From: Escherichia coli | Lineage (GTDB): Bacteria > Pseudomonadota > Gammaproteobacteria > Enterobacterales > Enterobacteriaceae | Assembly (NCBI RefSeq): GCF_003018255.1 | Contig: NZ_CP027440.1 | Strand: one strand, 5' to 3' | Length of the DNA stretch: 64,000 nucleotides | Shown: piece after piece, positions 14,674 through 26,446 of the stretch | How the letters are laid out: each line of letters begins with the position of its first letter | How positions within the stretch are numbered: the first letter of the stretch is position 1 | Made by a program: the position numbers and the translations under genes | Notes under the pieces: model-generated | Databases searched by the model: none | What the model saw: only the letters and a program-made list of their open reading frames with translations | Told to the model about the DNA's origin: nothing

Positions 14674-16053
14674 ATGCCGCCTGGCGTCGCGGTTTGTTTT
14701 TCATCTCTCTTCATCAGGCTTGTCTGCATGGCATTCCTCACTTCATCTGATAAAGCACTCTGGCATCTCGCCTTACCCATGATTTTCTCCAATATCACCG
14801 TTCCGTTGCTGGGACTGGTCGATACGGCGGTAATTGGTCATCTTGATAGTCCGGTTTATTTGGGCGGCGTGGCGGTTGGTGCAACGGCGACCAGCTTTCT
14901 CTTTATGTTGTTGCTGTTTTTACGCATGAGCACCACCGGGCTGACTGCACAGGCTTATGGTGCCAAAAATCCTCAGGCATTAGCCCGTGCGCTGGTGCAA
15001 CCGTTGCTGTTGGCGTTGGGGGCTGGGGCGTTAATTGCGCTGCTGCGTACGCCGATTATCGATCTGGCGCTGCATATTGTTGGCGGTAGTGAAGCAGTCC
15101 TGGAACAGGCGCGACGCTTTCTTGAAATCCGCTGGTTAAGCGCACCGGCGTCGCTGGCGAATCTGGTATTACTTGGTTGGTTACTCGGCGTGCAATATGC
15201 CCGTGCGCCAGTAATTTTGTTAGTGGTCGGCAATATCCTCAACATTGTGCTGGATGTCTGGCTGGTGATGGGGCTGCATATGAACGTGCAGGGCGCGGCT
15301 CTGGCAACGGTTATTGCGGAATATGCAACATTGCTGATTGGTCTGCTAATGGTGCGTAAAATCCTCAAACTACGCGGAATCTCCGGCGAAATGCTGAAAA
15401 CAGCCTGGCGAGGAAACTTCCGTCACTTGCTGGCGCTTAACCGCGATATCATGCTGCGCTCGCTGTTGCTGCAACTCTGTTTCGGCGCGATCACTGTACT
15501 TGGCGCGCGACTGGGGAGTGACATTATCGCTGTTAACGCGGTTCTGATGACGCTACTCACCTTTACCGCCTATGCGTTGGATGGTTTTGCCTACGCGGTT
15601 GAAGCACATTCCGGTCAGGCATACGGTGCGCGCGACGGTAGTCAATTGCTGGATGTCTGGCGGGCAGCGTGCCGCCAGTCGGGGATCGTAGCGTTACTGT
15701 TTTCGGTGGTTTATTTGCTGGCAGGGGAACACATCATTGCGTTGCTGACGTCGTTAACCCAGATTCAGCAGCTGGCTGACCGCTATCTTATCTGGCAGGT
15801 GATTTTGCCGTTGGTCGGCGTCTGGTGTTATCTGCTGGACGGCATGTTTATAGGCGCAACGCGTGCCGCCGAAATGCGTAACAGTATGGCGGTGGCCGCC
15901 GCAGGTTTTGCGCTGACGCTCCTTACGCTGCCGTGGCTGGGGAATCATGGTTTGTGGCTGGCGTTAACCGTCTTTCTGGCGTTACGCGGGCTTTCTCTGG
16001 CGGCTATCTGGCGGCGTCACTGGCGTAACGATACCTGGTTTGTCGCAACGTGA
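14674..16053 (+). CDS. dinF: MATE-family efflux protein DinF
   Basis: 459 aa polytopic membrane protein immediately downstream of lexA. Confidence 0.93.
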   Translation: MPPGVAVCFSSLFIRLVCMAFLTSSDKALWHLALPMIFSNITVPLLGLVDTAVIGHLDSPVYLGGVAVGATATSFLFMLLLFLRMSTTGLTAQAYGAKNPQALARALVQPLLLALGAGALIALLRTPIIDLALHIVGGSEAVLEQARRFLEIRWLSAPASLANLVLLGWLLGVQYARAPVILLVVGNILNIVLDVWLVMGLHMNVQGAALATVIAEYATLLIGLLMVRKILKLRGISGEMLKTAWRGNFRHLLALNRDIMLRSLLLQLCFGAITVLGARLGSDIIAVNAVLMTLLTFTAYALDGFAYAVEAHSGQAYGARDGSQLLDVWRAACRQSGIVALLFSVVYLLAGEHIIALLTSLTQIQQLADRYLIWQVILPLVGVWCYLLDGMFIGATRAAEMRNSMAVAAAGFALTLLTLPWLGNHGLWLALTVFLALRGLSLAAIWRRHWRNDTWFVAT

Positions 16054-16168
16054 CGGTTAAAAATTCTGAATAAATAATCCTAAGCCAAATTGCTGACTAC
16101 ACTTAATCTCACGTTCAGAAGAAAAGTGAACGTACTCTCATTCACAACCTAACGATGAGGTCTTGATT

Positions 16169-16378
16169 ATGAATAAAGATGAAGCCGGCGGTAACTGGAA
16201 ACAGTTTAAAGGTAAAGTGAAAGAGCAATGGGGCAAACTGACCGATGATGATATGACGATCATTGAAGGAAAACGTGATCAGTTAGTGGGTAAAATCCAG
16301 GAACGCTACGGTTATCAGAAAGATCAGGCAGAAAAAGAGGTTGATAGTTGGGAAAAACGCCATGATTACCGCTGGTAA
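16169..16378 (+). CDS. yjbJ: CsbD-family stress protein YjbJ
   Basis: ORF track 71 aa; ATG at 16169 (MNKDEAGGNWKQ) gives known 69 aa. Confidence 0.85.
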   Translation: MNKDEAGGNWKQFKGKVKEQWGKLTDDDMTIIEGKRDQLVGKIQERYGYQKDQAEKEVDSWEKRHDYRW

Positions 16379-16419
16379 TTAATCCCTCCTGCCCGACATG
16401 TACAAGGATGTACACCCTT

Positions 16420-16935
16420 TTAGCGAGGTTTCTTTTTCACCTGAATAGAGTGGTCATGATGGCACTGTTCGGGATGACGACACGCTTCTACTTCTACACA
16501 TGCTGAACATAATCCATGTGCTTCAATAACATTATGCCGCAGGGCAAAACCCATTTTTGCCGCCAGCGTATGCATGATGTCTTCCACGCCTTCAGCACAT
16601 TCTTCTTTCACCGCGCCGCAGCGATCGCAAATAAACATGGCTGAAGTATGGGTGGGCTGATCGAACAGATGACAGAGCACATAACTGTTGGTGGATTCCA
16701 CCTTATGCACAAAACCTTGTTCAAGCAGAAACTCCAGCGCGCGATAAACCGTTGGCGGCTTGGCTTGCGGTTCAGCTTCGCGCAGCAAATCAAGCAGATC
16801 ATAAGCACTGATAGCGCCATCCTGCAGACTCATCAGGCGCAACACTTCGAGACGCTGTGGGGTCAGGCGCACATTACGCTGTGCGCAGATTTTTTCAGCC
16901 TGCGCTAATAACTCCTGCGTTGTGGTCTTTTCCAT
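16420..16935 (-). CDS. zur: zinc uptake regulator Zur
   Basis: ORF track 228 aa; start set at MEKTTTQELL giving known 171 aa. Confidence 0.9.
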   Translation of the reverse strand: MEKTTTQELLAQAEKICAQRNVRLTPQRLEVLRLMSLQDGAISAYDLLDLLREAEPQAKPPTVYRALEFLLEQGFVHKVESTNSYVLCHLFDQPTHTSAMFICDRCGAVKEECAEGVEDIMHTLAAKMGFALRHNVIEAHGLCSACVEVEACRHPEQCHHDHSIQVKKKPR

Positions 16936-17090
16936 TGGGCACCTCGACAGTGGGGTTAAGAATGTCCTTACTTTACCATAGTTCTCACTTAAACGCCGAG
17001 AACAGGGTGTCATGGCTGTCACATTGCCTGATCGCATATTCGTTATGCTATAGTAGCGCCCCCAATTTACCAGATGCTTAAAAAGTCGCC

Positions 17091-18086
17091 ATGCCAGCAG
17101 AATCACACACTGTTTATCCCGCTTACCGTTTCTCGATTGCCCCGATGCTCGACTGGACGGACAGACATTGCCGTTATTTCCTGCGTCTGCTTTCCCGCAA
17201 TACGTTGCTGTATACCGAAATGGTGACCACAGGGGCGATTATTCACGGTAAAGGTGATTACCTGGCGTACAGTGAAGAAGAACATCCGGTAGCGTTGCAA
17301 CTCGGGGGTAGCGATCCGGCGGCGCTGGCACAGTGTGCGAAGCTGGCAGAAGCGCGCGGATATGATGAGATCAACCTGAATGTCGGCTGCCCGTCTGACC
17401 GGGTGCAGAACGGCATGTTTGGTGCGTGTCTGATGGGTAATGCGCAGCTGGTTGCCGACTGCGTGAAAGCGATGCGCGATGTGGTGTCGATTCCGGTGAC
17501 GGTGAAAACGCGTATTGGCATCGATGATCAGGACAGCTATGAATTTCTCTGCGATTTCATCAACACCGTTTCCGGCAAAGGTGAGTGTGAGATGTTCATC
17601 ATCCACGCACGTAAAGCCTGGCTTTCTGGGTTAAGTCCGAAAGAAAACCGTGAGATCCCGCCGCTCGATTATCCGCGTGTGTATCAACTGAAGCGTGACT
17701 TTCCGCATCTGACGATGTCGATTAACGGTGGTATCAAGTCGCTGGAAGAAGCTAAAGCGCATTTGCAACATATGGATGGCGTGATGGTCGGGCGCGAGGC
17801 GTATCAGAATCCGGGTATTCTGGCGGCGGTAGACCGAGAGATTTTTGGTTCCTCGGATACTGATGCTGATCCGGTGGCGGTAGTGCGCGCCATGTATCCG
17901 TACATTGAGCGTGAACTCAGCCAGGGTACGTATCTCGGCCATATTACCCGGCATATGCTGGGCTTGTTCCAGGGTATTCCTGGCGCGCGGCAGTGGCGGC
18001 GTTATTTAAGTGAAAATGCCCATAAAGCGGGTGCAGACATTAATGTGCTGGAACACGCGCTCAAACTGGTGGCGGATAAGCGTTAA
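17091..18086 (+). CDS. dusA: tRNA-dihydrouridine synthase A
   Basis: 331 aa ORF with Dus-family motifs (APMLDWTD); start per ORF track. Confidence 0.88.
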   Translation: MPAESHTVYPAYRFSIAPMLDWTDRHCRYFLRLLSRNTLLYTEMVTTGAIIHGKGDYLAYSEEEHPVALQLGGSDPAALAQCAKLAEARGYDEINLNVGCPSDRVQNGMFGACLMGNAQLVADCVKAMRDVVSIPVTVKTRIGIDDQDSYEFLCDFINTVSGKGECEMFIIHARKAWLSGLSPKENREIPPLDYPRVYQLKRDFPHLTMSINGGIKSLEEAKAHLQHMDGVMVGREAYQNPGILAAVDREIFGSSDTDADPVAVVRAMYPYIERELSQGTYLGHITRHMLGLFQGIPGARQWRRYLSENAHKAGADINVLEHALKLVADKR

Positions 18087-18121
18087 CTTTTCACCAAAAA
18101 GTAGTCAAATTCACCACGCCC

Positions 18122-18146
18122 TGCGCCCCGTCGCGGGGCGTTTTGC
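18122..18146 (+). terminator. intrinsic terminator after dusA (CGCCCCG-TCG-CGGGGCG then TTTT)
   Basis: GC hairpin followed by T-run. Confidence 0.75.
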
Positions 18147-18168
18147 TGTTAAATCAATAGATTATTTT

Positions 18169-18185
18169 TGGCATGATTCTTGTAA
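18169..18185 (+). promoter_or_regulatory. candidate sigma-54 promoter of pspG (TGGCAT-N5-TTGTA)
   Basis: GG-N10-GT element about 35-50 bp upstream of pspG start; resembles the pspA promoter as I recall it. Confidence 0.55.
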
Positions 18186-18219
18186 TGCCAGCAAGAGATT
18201 TCATATTTGGGAGAGCATC

Positions 18220-18462
18220 ATGCTGGAACTACTTTTTGTAATTGGCTTTTTTGTCATGCTGATGGTCACCGGTGTTTCGTTGCTGGGTATTATCGCCGCG
18301 CTGATTGTGGCGACGGCCTTTATGTTCCTCGGCGGTATGCTGGCATTGATGATTAAGTTGCTGCCGTGGCTGCTGTTGGCGGTTGCGGTGGTGTGGGTGA
18401 TCAGGGCGATTAAAGCACCAAAAGTGCCGAAATATCAGCGTTATGACCGCTGGCGTTACTAA
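18220..18462 (+). CDS. pspG: phage shock protein G
   Basis: ORF track 150 aa overlaps dusA; ATG at 18220 (MLELLFVIGF) gives known 80 aa membrane protein. Confidence 0.85.
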   Translation: MLELLFVIGFFVMLMVTGVSLLGIIAALIVATAFMFLGGMLALMIKLLPWLLLAVAVVWVIRAIKAPKVPKYQRYDRWRY

Positions 18463-18597
18463 GGGATTGTGCGGATGATCACAACCTAAGGTTTTATCCT
18501 TAGAACAAAATAGGAATTGATAATCAAATCTGTCATTATTGCGCGTCAAACAAATTCATCGAGCTGTACCCTACATACAGCCGAACTATAAAAGAAA

Positions 18598-18625
18598 GGG
18601 CTTCCCAGGTGGAAGCCCAATTTCT
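18598..18625. terminator. bidirectional terminator between pspG and qor (GGGCTTCC-loop-GGAAGCCC flanked by T-rich runs on both strands)
   Basis: Perfect 8-bp inverted repeat between convergent genes. Confidence 0.75.
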
Positions 18626-18626
18626 T

Positions 18627-19610
18627 TTATGGAATCAACAGGCTGGAACCCTGCGTCGCCCGGCTTTCCAGAATCTCATGCGCACGCCGCGCATCCTTCA
18701 GCGGATATTTCTGCTGCTCGGCGACATCGACCTTAATCACACCGCTGGCAATCAAAGAGAACAGTTCATTACTGGCCTCGGTTAATTCCTCCCGCGTGGT
18801 GATATAGCCTTGCAGGGAAGGGCGTGTCACATACAACGAGCCTTTCTGATTGAGAATGCCTAAGTTCACACCGGTAACCGCACCTGATGAGTTGCCAAAA
18901 CTCACCATTAAGCCGCGGCGTTGCAGGCAATCCAGCGACCGTTCCCAGGTGTCTCTGCCCACTGAATCGTACACCACGCGCACTTTCTTACCACCGGTGA
19001 TCTCTTTTAACCGCTCGACCAGATTCTCTTCACGATAGTTAATAACCTGCCACGCGCCCGCTTTTAGCGCACTCTGCGCTTTTTGCGCGGTTCCTACGGT
19101 GCCGATAAGTTTCGCGCCAAGGGCTTTTGCCCACTGGCAGGCAATCAAGCCAACGCCGCCAGCCGCTGCGTGGAACAGGAACTGCTCATCGGGTTTAATT
19201 TCATAGGTTTTGCGCAGCAGATAATAAACCGTTAAGCCTTTCAGGAAGGATGCCGCAGCTTGCTCAAAAGAAATTGCCGCAGGCAGAATCGCCGCTTTAT
19301 CCGCATTAATGTTATGCACAGAGCTGTAAGCGCCTAATGCCGATTGTGCATAGACTACGCGATCGCCTGCCTTAATATGCTTTACACCACTGCCGACTTT
19401 ACTCACGATGCCTGCCGCTTCGGTGCCTAATCCGCTGGGTAGCGATGGCGGCGGGTAAAGGCCGCTGCGGATATACGTGTCGATAAAATTGATGCCGATG
19501 GCTTTATTTTCGACCTGGATTTCATTCTCCGCCGGATCGGCAGGAGTGAACTCTACGGCTTGAAGTACTTCCGGGCCACCGTGCTTGTGAAATTCAATTC
19601 GTGTTGCCAT
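18627..19610 (-). CDS. qor: NADPH:quinone oxidoreductase Qor
   Basis: ORF track 363 aa; start set at MATRIEFHKH giving known 327 aa. Confidence 0.9.
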   Translation of the reverse strand: MATRIEFHKHGGPEVLQAVEFTPADPAENEIQVENKAIGINFIDTYIRSGLYPPPSLPSGLGTEAAGIVSKVGSGVKHIKAGDRVVYAQSALGAYSSVHNINADKAAILPAAISFEQAAASFLKGLTVYYLLRKTYEIKPDEQFLFHAAAGGVGLIACQWAKALGAKLIGTVGTAQKAQSALKAGAWQVINYREENLVERLKEITGGKKVRVVYDSVGRDTWERSLDCLQRRGLMVSFGNSSGAVTGVNLGILNQKGSLYVTRPSLQGYITTREELTEASNELFSLIASGVIKVDVAEQQKYPLKDARRAHEILESRATQGSSLLIP

Positions 19611-19692
19611 GTGTCCTCCAGAACGTATCGTCAGGGTCTGCTTCATATGGTAAAGTTTCGACCCATTCTTTATCTCGGTAACTCCATTCACT

Positions 19693-21108
19693 ATGGCAGG
19701 AAATAAACCCTTCAACAAACAGCAGGCTGAACCCCGCGAACGCGATCCACAAGTTGCCGGGCTGAAAGTGCCTCCGCACTCGATCGAAGCGGAGCAGTCG
19801 GTGTTGGGCGGTTTAATGCTGGATAACGAACGCTGGGATGATGTAGCTGAGCGTGTGGTGGCAGATGATTTTTACACCCGCCCACACCGTCATATCTTTA
19901 CTGAAATGGCGCGTTTGCAGGAAAGCGGTAGTCCTATCGATCTGATTACCCTTGCGGAATCGCTGGAACGCCAGGGGCAACTCGATAGCGTCGGTGGTTT
20001 TGCTTATCTGGCAGAGCTGTCAAAAAATACGCCAAGTGCGGCGAACATCAGTGCATATGCGGATATCGTGCGCGAACGTGCCGTTGTTCGTGAGATGATC
20101 TCCGTTGCTAACGAGATTGCCGAAGCTGGTTTTGATCCACAAGGGCGTACCAGTGAAGATCTGCTCGACCTTGCTGAATCCCGCGTCTTTAAAATTGCCG
20201 AAAGTCGTGCAAACAAAGACGAAGGGCCGAAGAACATCGCCGATGTGCTCGACGCAACCGTGGCGCGTATTGAGCAGTTGTTTCAGCAGCCACACGATGG
20301 CGTTACCGGGGTAAATACCGGTTATGACGATCTCAACAAAAAAACCGCTGGCTTGCAGCCGTCGGATTTGATCATCGTTGCCGCGCGTCCGTCGATGGGT
20401 AAAACGACATTTGCGATGAACCTCGTCGAAAACGCGGCGATGTTGCAGGATAAACCGGTGCTTATCTTCTCGCTGGAGATGCCATCAGAACAGATCATGA
20501 TGCGTTCTCTGGCGTCGCTGTCGCGCGTTGACCAGACTAAAATCCGTACCGGTCAGCTCGATGATGAAGACTGGGCACGCATTTCCGGCACCATGGGTAT
20601 TTTGCTCGAAAAACGTAATATCTATATCGATGATTCCTCCGGCTTGACGCCAACGGAAGTGCGTTCCCGCGCACGCCGTATTGCCCGTGAACACGGCGGC
20701 ATCGGGCTTATCATGATCGACTACCTGCAACTGATGCGCGTACCGGCGCTTTCCGATAACCGTACGCTGGAAATTGCAGAAATCTCCCGCTCGCTGAAAG
20801 CACTGGCGAAAGAACTGAACGTGCCGGTGGTGGCGCTGTCCCAGTTGAACCGTTCTCTGGAACAACGTGCCGACAAACGCCCGGTCAACTCCGACCTGCG
20901 TGAATCTGGCTCTATCGAGCAGGATGCGGACTTGATCATGTTTATCTATCGTGATGAGGTGTATCACGAAAACAGTGATTTAAAAGGCATCGCGGAAATT
21001 ATTATCGGTAAACAACGTAACGGCCCAATCGGGACGGTACGCCTGACCTTTAACGGTCAATGGTCGCGCTTCGACAACTATGCGGGGCCGCAGTACGACG
21101 ACGAATAA
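19693..21108 (+). CDS. dnaB: replicative DNA helicase DnaB
   Basis: 471 aa ORF recognised as DnaB. Confidence 0.97.
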   Translation: MAGNKPFNKQQAEPRERDPQVAGLKVPPHSIEAEQSVLGGLMLDNERWDDVAERVVADDFYTRPHRHIFTEMARLQESGSPIDLITLAESLERQGQLDSVGGFAYLAELSKNTPSAANISAYADIVRERAVVREMISVANEIAEAGFDPQGRTSEDLLDLAESRVFKIAESRANKDEGPKNIADVLDATVARIEQLFQQPHDGVTGVNTGYDDLNKKTAGLQPSDLIIVAARPSMGKTTFAMNLVENAAMLQDKPVLIFSLEMPSEQIMMRSLASLSRVDQTKIRTGQLDDEDWARISGTMGILLEKRNIYIDDSSGLTPTEVRSRARRIAREHGGIGLIMIDYLQLMRVPALSDNRTLEIAEISRSLKALAKELNVPVVALSQLNRSLEQRADKRPVNSDLRESGSIEQDADLIMFIYRDEVYHENSDLKGIAEIIIGKQRNGPIGTVRLTFNGQWSRFDNYAGPQYDDE

Positions 21109-21160
21109 TAATTATTTTATGAATTAGGTAATTAAAGCAAACACTTATCAAGGAACACAA

Positions 21161-22240
21161 ATGCAAGCGGCAACTGTTGTGATTAACCGCCGCGCTCTGC
21201 GACACAACCTGCAACGTCTTCGTGAACTGGCGCCTGCCAGTAAAATGGTTGCGGTGGTGAAAGCGAACGCTTATGGTCACGGTCTTCTTGAGACCGCGCG
21301 AACGCTCCCCGATGCTGACGCCTTTGGCGTAGCCCGTCTCGAAGAAGCTCTGCGACTGCGTGCGGGGGGAATCACCAAACCTGTACTGTTACTCGAAGGC
21401 TTTTTTGATGCCAGAGATCTGCCGACGATTTCTGCGCAACATTTTCATACCGCCGTGCATAACGAAGAACAGCTGGCTGCGCTGGAAGAGGCTAGCCTGG
21501 ACGAGCCGGTTACCGTCTGGATGAAACTCGATACCGGTATGCACCGTCTGGGCGTAAGGCCGGAACAGGCTGAGGCGTTTTATCATCGCCTGACCCAGTG
21601 CAAAAACGTTCGTCAGCCGGTGAATATCGTCAGCCATTTTGCGCGCGCGGATGAACCAAAATGCGGCGCAACCGAGAAACAACTCGCTATCTTTAATACC
21701 TTTTGTGAAGGCAAACCAGGTCAACGTTCCATTGCCGCGTCGGGTGGCATTCTGCTGTGGCCACAGTCGCATTTTGACTGGGTGCGCCCGGGCATCATTC
21801 TTTATGGCGTCTCGCCGCTGGAAGATCGTTCCACCGGTGCCGATTTTGGCTGTCAGCCGGTAATGTCATTGACCTCCAGCCTGATTGCTGTGCGTGAGCA
21901 TAAAGCCGGAGAGCCTGTCGGTTATGGTGGAACCTGGGTAAGCGAACGTGATACCCGCCTTGGCGTAGTCGCGATGGGCTATGGCGATGGTTATCCGCGC
22001 GCCGCGCCGTCCGGTACGCCAGTGCTGGTGAACGGTCGCGAAGTGCCGATTGTCGGGCGCGTCGCGATGGATATGATCTGCGTAGACTTAGGTCCACAGG
22101 CGCAGGACAAAGCCGGGGACCCGGTCATTTTATGGGGCGAAGGTTTGCCCGTAGAACGTATCGCTGAAATGACAAAAGTGAGCGCTTACGAACTTATTAC
22201 GCGCCTGACTTCAAGGGTCGCGATGAAATACGTGGATTAA
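21161..22240 (+). CDS. alr: alanine racemase (biosynthetic) Alr
   Basis: 359 aa ORF recognised as Alr. Confidence 0.95.
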
Positions 22241-22265
22241 TCGTTCTGTAATATTTGATTGTCTG

Positions 22266-22297
22266 TGCCGGATGCGGCGTGAATGCCTTATCCGGCC
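22266..22297. repeat. single REP element after alr
   Basis: GCCGGATGCGGCGTGAATGCCTTATCCGGCC. Confidence 0.85.
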
Positions 22298-22492
22298 AAT
22301 AAAATCTTACCAATTCAATAAGTTGATATTCTTTCATGCTCTTATAAAGGTCGTGCATCTGGCGGATGTACGTTTGTCATGAGTCTCACTCTGTTGCTAA
22401 TTGCCATTCGCCCCTGAACATCCTCTCGATCTTCGCCTTCTTCCGGTTTATTGTGTTTTAACCACCTGCCCGTAAACCTGGAGAACCATCGC

Positions 22493-23686
22493 GTGTTTCA
22501 AAAAGTTGACGCCTACGCTGGCGACCCGATTCTTACGCTTATGGAGCGTTTTAAAGAAGACCCTCGCAGCGACAAAGTGAATTTAAGTATCGGTCTGTAC
22601 TACAACGAAGACGGAATTATTCCACAACTGAAAGCCGTAGCGGATGCGGAAGCGCGCCTGAATGCGCAGCCTCATGGTGCTTCGCTTTATTTACCGATGG
22701 AAGGGCTTAACAGCTATCGCCATGCCATTGCGCCGCTGCTGTTTGGTGCGGACCATCCGGTACTGCAACAACAGCGCGTAGCAACCATTCAAACCCTTGG
22801 CGGCTCAGGGGCATTGAAAGTGGGTGCAGATTTCCTGAAACGCTACTTCCCGGAATCAGGCGTCTGGGTCAGCGATCCTACCTGGGAAAACCACGTAGCA
22901 ATATTCGCCGGGGCTGGATTCGAAGTGAGCACTTACCCCTGGTATGACGAAGCGACTAACGGCGTGCGCTTTAATGACCTGTTGGCGACGCTGAAAACAT
23001 TACCTGCCCGCAGTATTGTGTTGCTGCATCCATGTTGCCACAACCCAACGGGTGCCGATCTCACTAATGACCAGTGGGATTCCGTGATTGAAATTCTCAA
23101 AGCCCGCGAGCTTATTCCATTCCTCGATATTGCCTATCAAGGATTTGGTGCCGGTATGGAAGAGGATGCCTACGCCATTCGCGCCATTGCCAGCGCTGGA
23201 TTACCCGCTCTGGTGAGCAATTCGTTCTCGAAAATTTTCTCCCTTTACGGCGAGCGCGTCGGCGGACTTTCTGTTCTGTGTGAAGATGCCGAAGCCGCAG
23301 GCCGCGTACTGGGGCAATTGAAAGCAACAGTTCGCCGCAACTACTCCAGCCCGCCGAATTTTGGTGCGCAGGTGGTGGCTGCGGTGCTGAATGACGAGGC
23401 ATTGAAAGCCAGCTGGCTGGCGGAAGTAGAAGAGATGCGTACTCGCATTCTGGCGATGCGTCAGGAACTGGTGAAGGTATTGAGCACAGAGATACCAGAA
23501 CGCAATTTCGATTATCTGCTTAATCAGCGCGGTATGTTCAGTTATACCGGTTTAAGTGCCGCTCAGGTTGACCGACTACGTGAAGAATTTGGTGTCTATC
23601 TCATCGCCAGCGGTCGCATGTGTGTCGCCGGGTTAAATACGGCAAATGTACAACGTGTGGCAAAGGCGTTTGCTGCGGTGATGTAA
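22493..23686 (+). CDS. tyrB: aromatic amino acid aminotransferase TyrB (GTG start)
   Basis: ORF track 411 aa; known 397 aa product begins at the in-frame GTG ([10 protein letters not shown]); my by-eye base count here disagreed with the track by 1 nt, track frame used. Confidence 0.9.
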   Translation: MFQKVDAYAGDPILTLMERFKEDPRSDKVNLSIGLYYNEDGIIPQLKAVADAEARLNAQPHGASLYLPMEGLNSYRHAIAPLLFGADHPVLQQQRVATIQTLGGSGALKVGADFLKRYFPESGVWVSDPTWENHVAIFAGAGFEVSTYPWYDEATNGVRFNDLLATLKTLPARSIVLLHPCCHNPTGADLTNDQWDSVIEILKARELIPFLDIAYQGFGAGMEEDAYAIRAIASAGLPALVSNSFSKIFSLYGERVGGLSVLCEDAEAAGRVLGQLKATVRRNYSSPPNFGAQVVAAVLNDEALKASWLAEVEEMRTRILAMRQELVKVLSTEIPERNFDYLLNQRGMFSYTGLSAAQVDRLREEFGVYLIASGRMCVAGLNTANVQRVAKAFAAVM

Positions 23687-23695
23687 TGCAGGAAA

Positions 23696-23719
23696 GCAGG
23701 CTGGAGTTATCCAGCCTGC
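23696..23719 (+). terminator. hairpin after tyrB (GCAGGCTGG-loop-CCAGCCTGC)
   Basis: Inverted repeat immediately after tyrB stop; no strong T-run. Confidence 0.5.
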
Positions 23720-23907
23720 AGTGAAATTAAACTGTCGTCGCTTTCACTCTTGCTTTATAGATGATTTTTTTGATGCCATCGTTCTACGTGAGAGGTAATA
23801 AAACGTTGTTAGTTCTAACTTGTTAAGTTTATCCCAATGTTCTGGAGTACTTTTCCCTGTTTTACCGTGTGGAATAATAATTTTTGCACATCTAACCATT
23901 ATTAAAT

Positions 23908-24411
23908 TTAATAATAAGTATCGGGTTTGTTACGATAGAATTTTTCTATATCCTCAAGAATATGCTTTGCCTTATTGCCTGTGACTATCTGAGATTCAAT
24001 TATAGTATCGTTAAATTCTAAAGTTAAAGAGAACTCTTTTTTTCCGCTTTGTGTAAGTTTAACCTTATATTGATTACCAATATCAAATAAAAAGGTCCTG
24101 TAATGAGAATAATCACCTTTAACCTCCTCGGCAAAACAGCAAAGCGTGCAAATATACATACAATCTTTCTTACCCCTGATTTTGTTAACTAAATCAATAA
24201 ATGCGTGAAAAACTGTACTTGCAATAGAACTTGATACTTCTTCTCCAGGTCTACAAAAATCTTTTGCAATTTTTAACTGTGTTTCTATATATAAAAAGAG
24301 ATCTTTGGCATAAGAGAAATCTTTGGCATAAGAGATACCTTTGTTATTTAGTGTATCTAGCTCTACAGGTAAAGATGTCGTGTTGTTGCTATTCACATTT
24401 GATATATTCAT
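23908..24411 (-). CDS. hypothetical protein in AT-rich tyrB-aphA interval (167 aa from SD-preceded ATG; longest ORF 180 aa to 24450)
   Basis: ORF track 23908..24450; AAGGAGA 7 nt upstream of ATG at 24411; no recognisable domain; region visibly AT-rich. Confidence 0.55.
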   Translation of the reverse strand: MNISNVNSNNTTSLPVELDTLNNKGISYAKDFSYAKDLFLYIETQLKIAKDFCRPGEEVSSSIASTVFHAFIDLVNKIRGKKDCMYICTLCCFAEEVKGDYSHYRTFLFDIGNQYKVKLTQSGKKEFSLTLEFNDTIIESQIVTGNKAKHILEDIEKFYRNKPDTYY

Positions 24412-24532
24412 ATCATCATCTCCTTCGGGAGTAATAAAATTAGTCACCATTGTAGGGTAGGGGGCTGGTCAATCAGAAATCATCTTTATAAACTTCGATT
24501 GTTTTGTAATGCTGTATCATTAAGTTTATTAA

Positions 24533-25525
<993 letters not shown>

Positions 25526-25530
25526 CAGAG

Positions 25531-25567
25531 CGGGAGAGCGTAATACTCTCCCGAATGCTGTTTTTTT
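25531..25567 (+). terminator. terminator after aphA (CGGGAGAG-loop-CTCTCCCG ... T7)
   Basis: Inverted repeat followed by TTTTTTT a few nt downstream. Confidence 0.6.
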
Positions 25568-25635
25568 AATCACACCTTTATCCTTTCGCTGTCTTGCTGC
25601 AAACTGATTAAGAGAGTTTTATCAAGGAGCAGCAC

Positions 25636-26052
25636 ATGTGGTATCAAAAGACGCTCACGCTTAGCGCCAAATCTCGTGGGTTTCATCTGGTAACGGATGA
25701 AATTCTGAATCAGCTGGCTGATATGCCGCGCGTTAACATCGGTTTACTGCATCTGTTGCTGCAACATACCTCCGCCTCTCTGACACTTAATGAGAACTGC
25801 GATCCCACCGTACGCCACGACATGGAGCGTTTTTTCCTCCGCGCCGTTCCCGATAACGGAAATTATGAGCATGACTATGAGGGAGCAGACGATATGCCTT
25901 CTCATATCAAATCCTCAATGCTGGGAACATCGCTTGTATTGCCGGTGCATAAAGGGCGTATTCAGACCGGCACCTGGCAAGGCATCTGGCTGGGGGAACA
26001 TCGCATCCACGGCGGATCGCGTCGCATCATCGCGACACTACAAGGGGAGTGA
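25636..26052 (+). CDS. yjbQ: UPF0047 family protein YjbQ
   Basis: 138 aa ORF recognised as YjbQ. Confidence 0.85.
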   Translation: MWYQKTLTLSAKSRGFHLVTDEILNQLADMPRVNIGLLHLLLQHTSASLTLNENCDPTVRHDMERFFLRAVPDNGNYEHDYEGADDMPSHIKSSMLGTSLVLPVHKGRIQTGTWQGIWLGEHRIHGGSRRIIATLQGE

Positions 26053-26055
26053 AAA

Positions 26056-26412
26056 ATGACCATTTCGGAGTTGCTACAATATTGCATGGCAAAACCAGGC
26101 GCAGAACAGAGCGTGCATAACGACTGGAAAGCGACGCAGATCAAAGTGGAAGATGTGCTGTTTGCGATGGTGAAAGAAGTAGAAAATCGCCCAGCTGTTT
26201 CGCTGAAAACCAGCCCGGAGCTGGCGGAGCTGCTACGTCAGCAGCACAGCGATGTGCGTCCAAGCCGCCATCTGAATAAAGCGCACTGGAGCACCGTGTA
26301 TCTCGACGGTTCGCTGCCGGATTCGCAAATCTATTATCTGGTGGATACGTCTTATCAGCAGGCGGTGAATTTGCTGCCGGAAGAAAAACGTAAATTGCTG
26401 GTGCAACTCTGA
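26056..26412 (+). CDS. yjbR: uncharacterised protein YjbR
   Basis: 118 aa ORF, 3 bp after yjbQ. Confidence 0.85.
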   Translation: MTISELLQYCMAKPGAEQSVHNDWKATQIKVEDVLFAMVKEVENRPAVSLKTSPELAELLRQQHSDVRPSRHLNKAHWSTVYLDGSLPDSQIYYLVDTSYQQAVNLLPEEKRKLLVQL

Positions 26413-26418
26413 AAGAAG

Positions 26419-26441
26419 AAGGCCGCTCTGAAAGCGGCCTT
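26419..26441. terminator. hairpin between convergent yjbR and uvrA (AAGGCCGCT-loop-AGCGGCCTT)
   Basis: Inverted repeat between convergent stops. Confidence 0.6.
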
Positions 26442-26446
26442 AACGA

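Noticed and set aside
22266-22297. REP elements considered as mobile-element remnants
   Set aside because: Short palindromic REP units are native repeats; no transposase, integrase or terminal inverted repeats were found anywhere in the window
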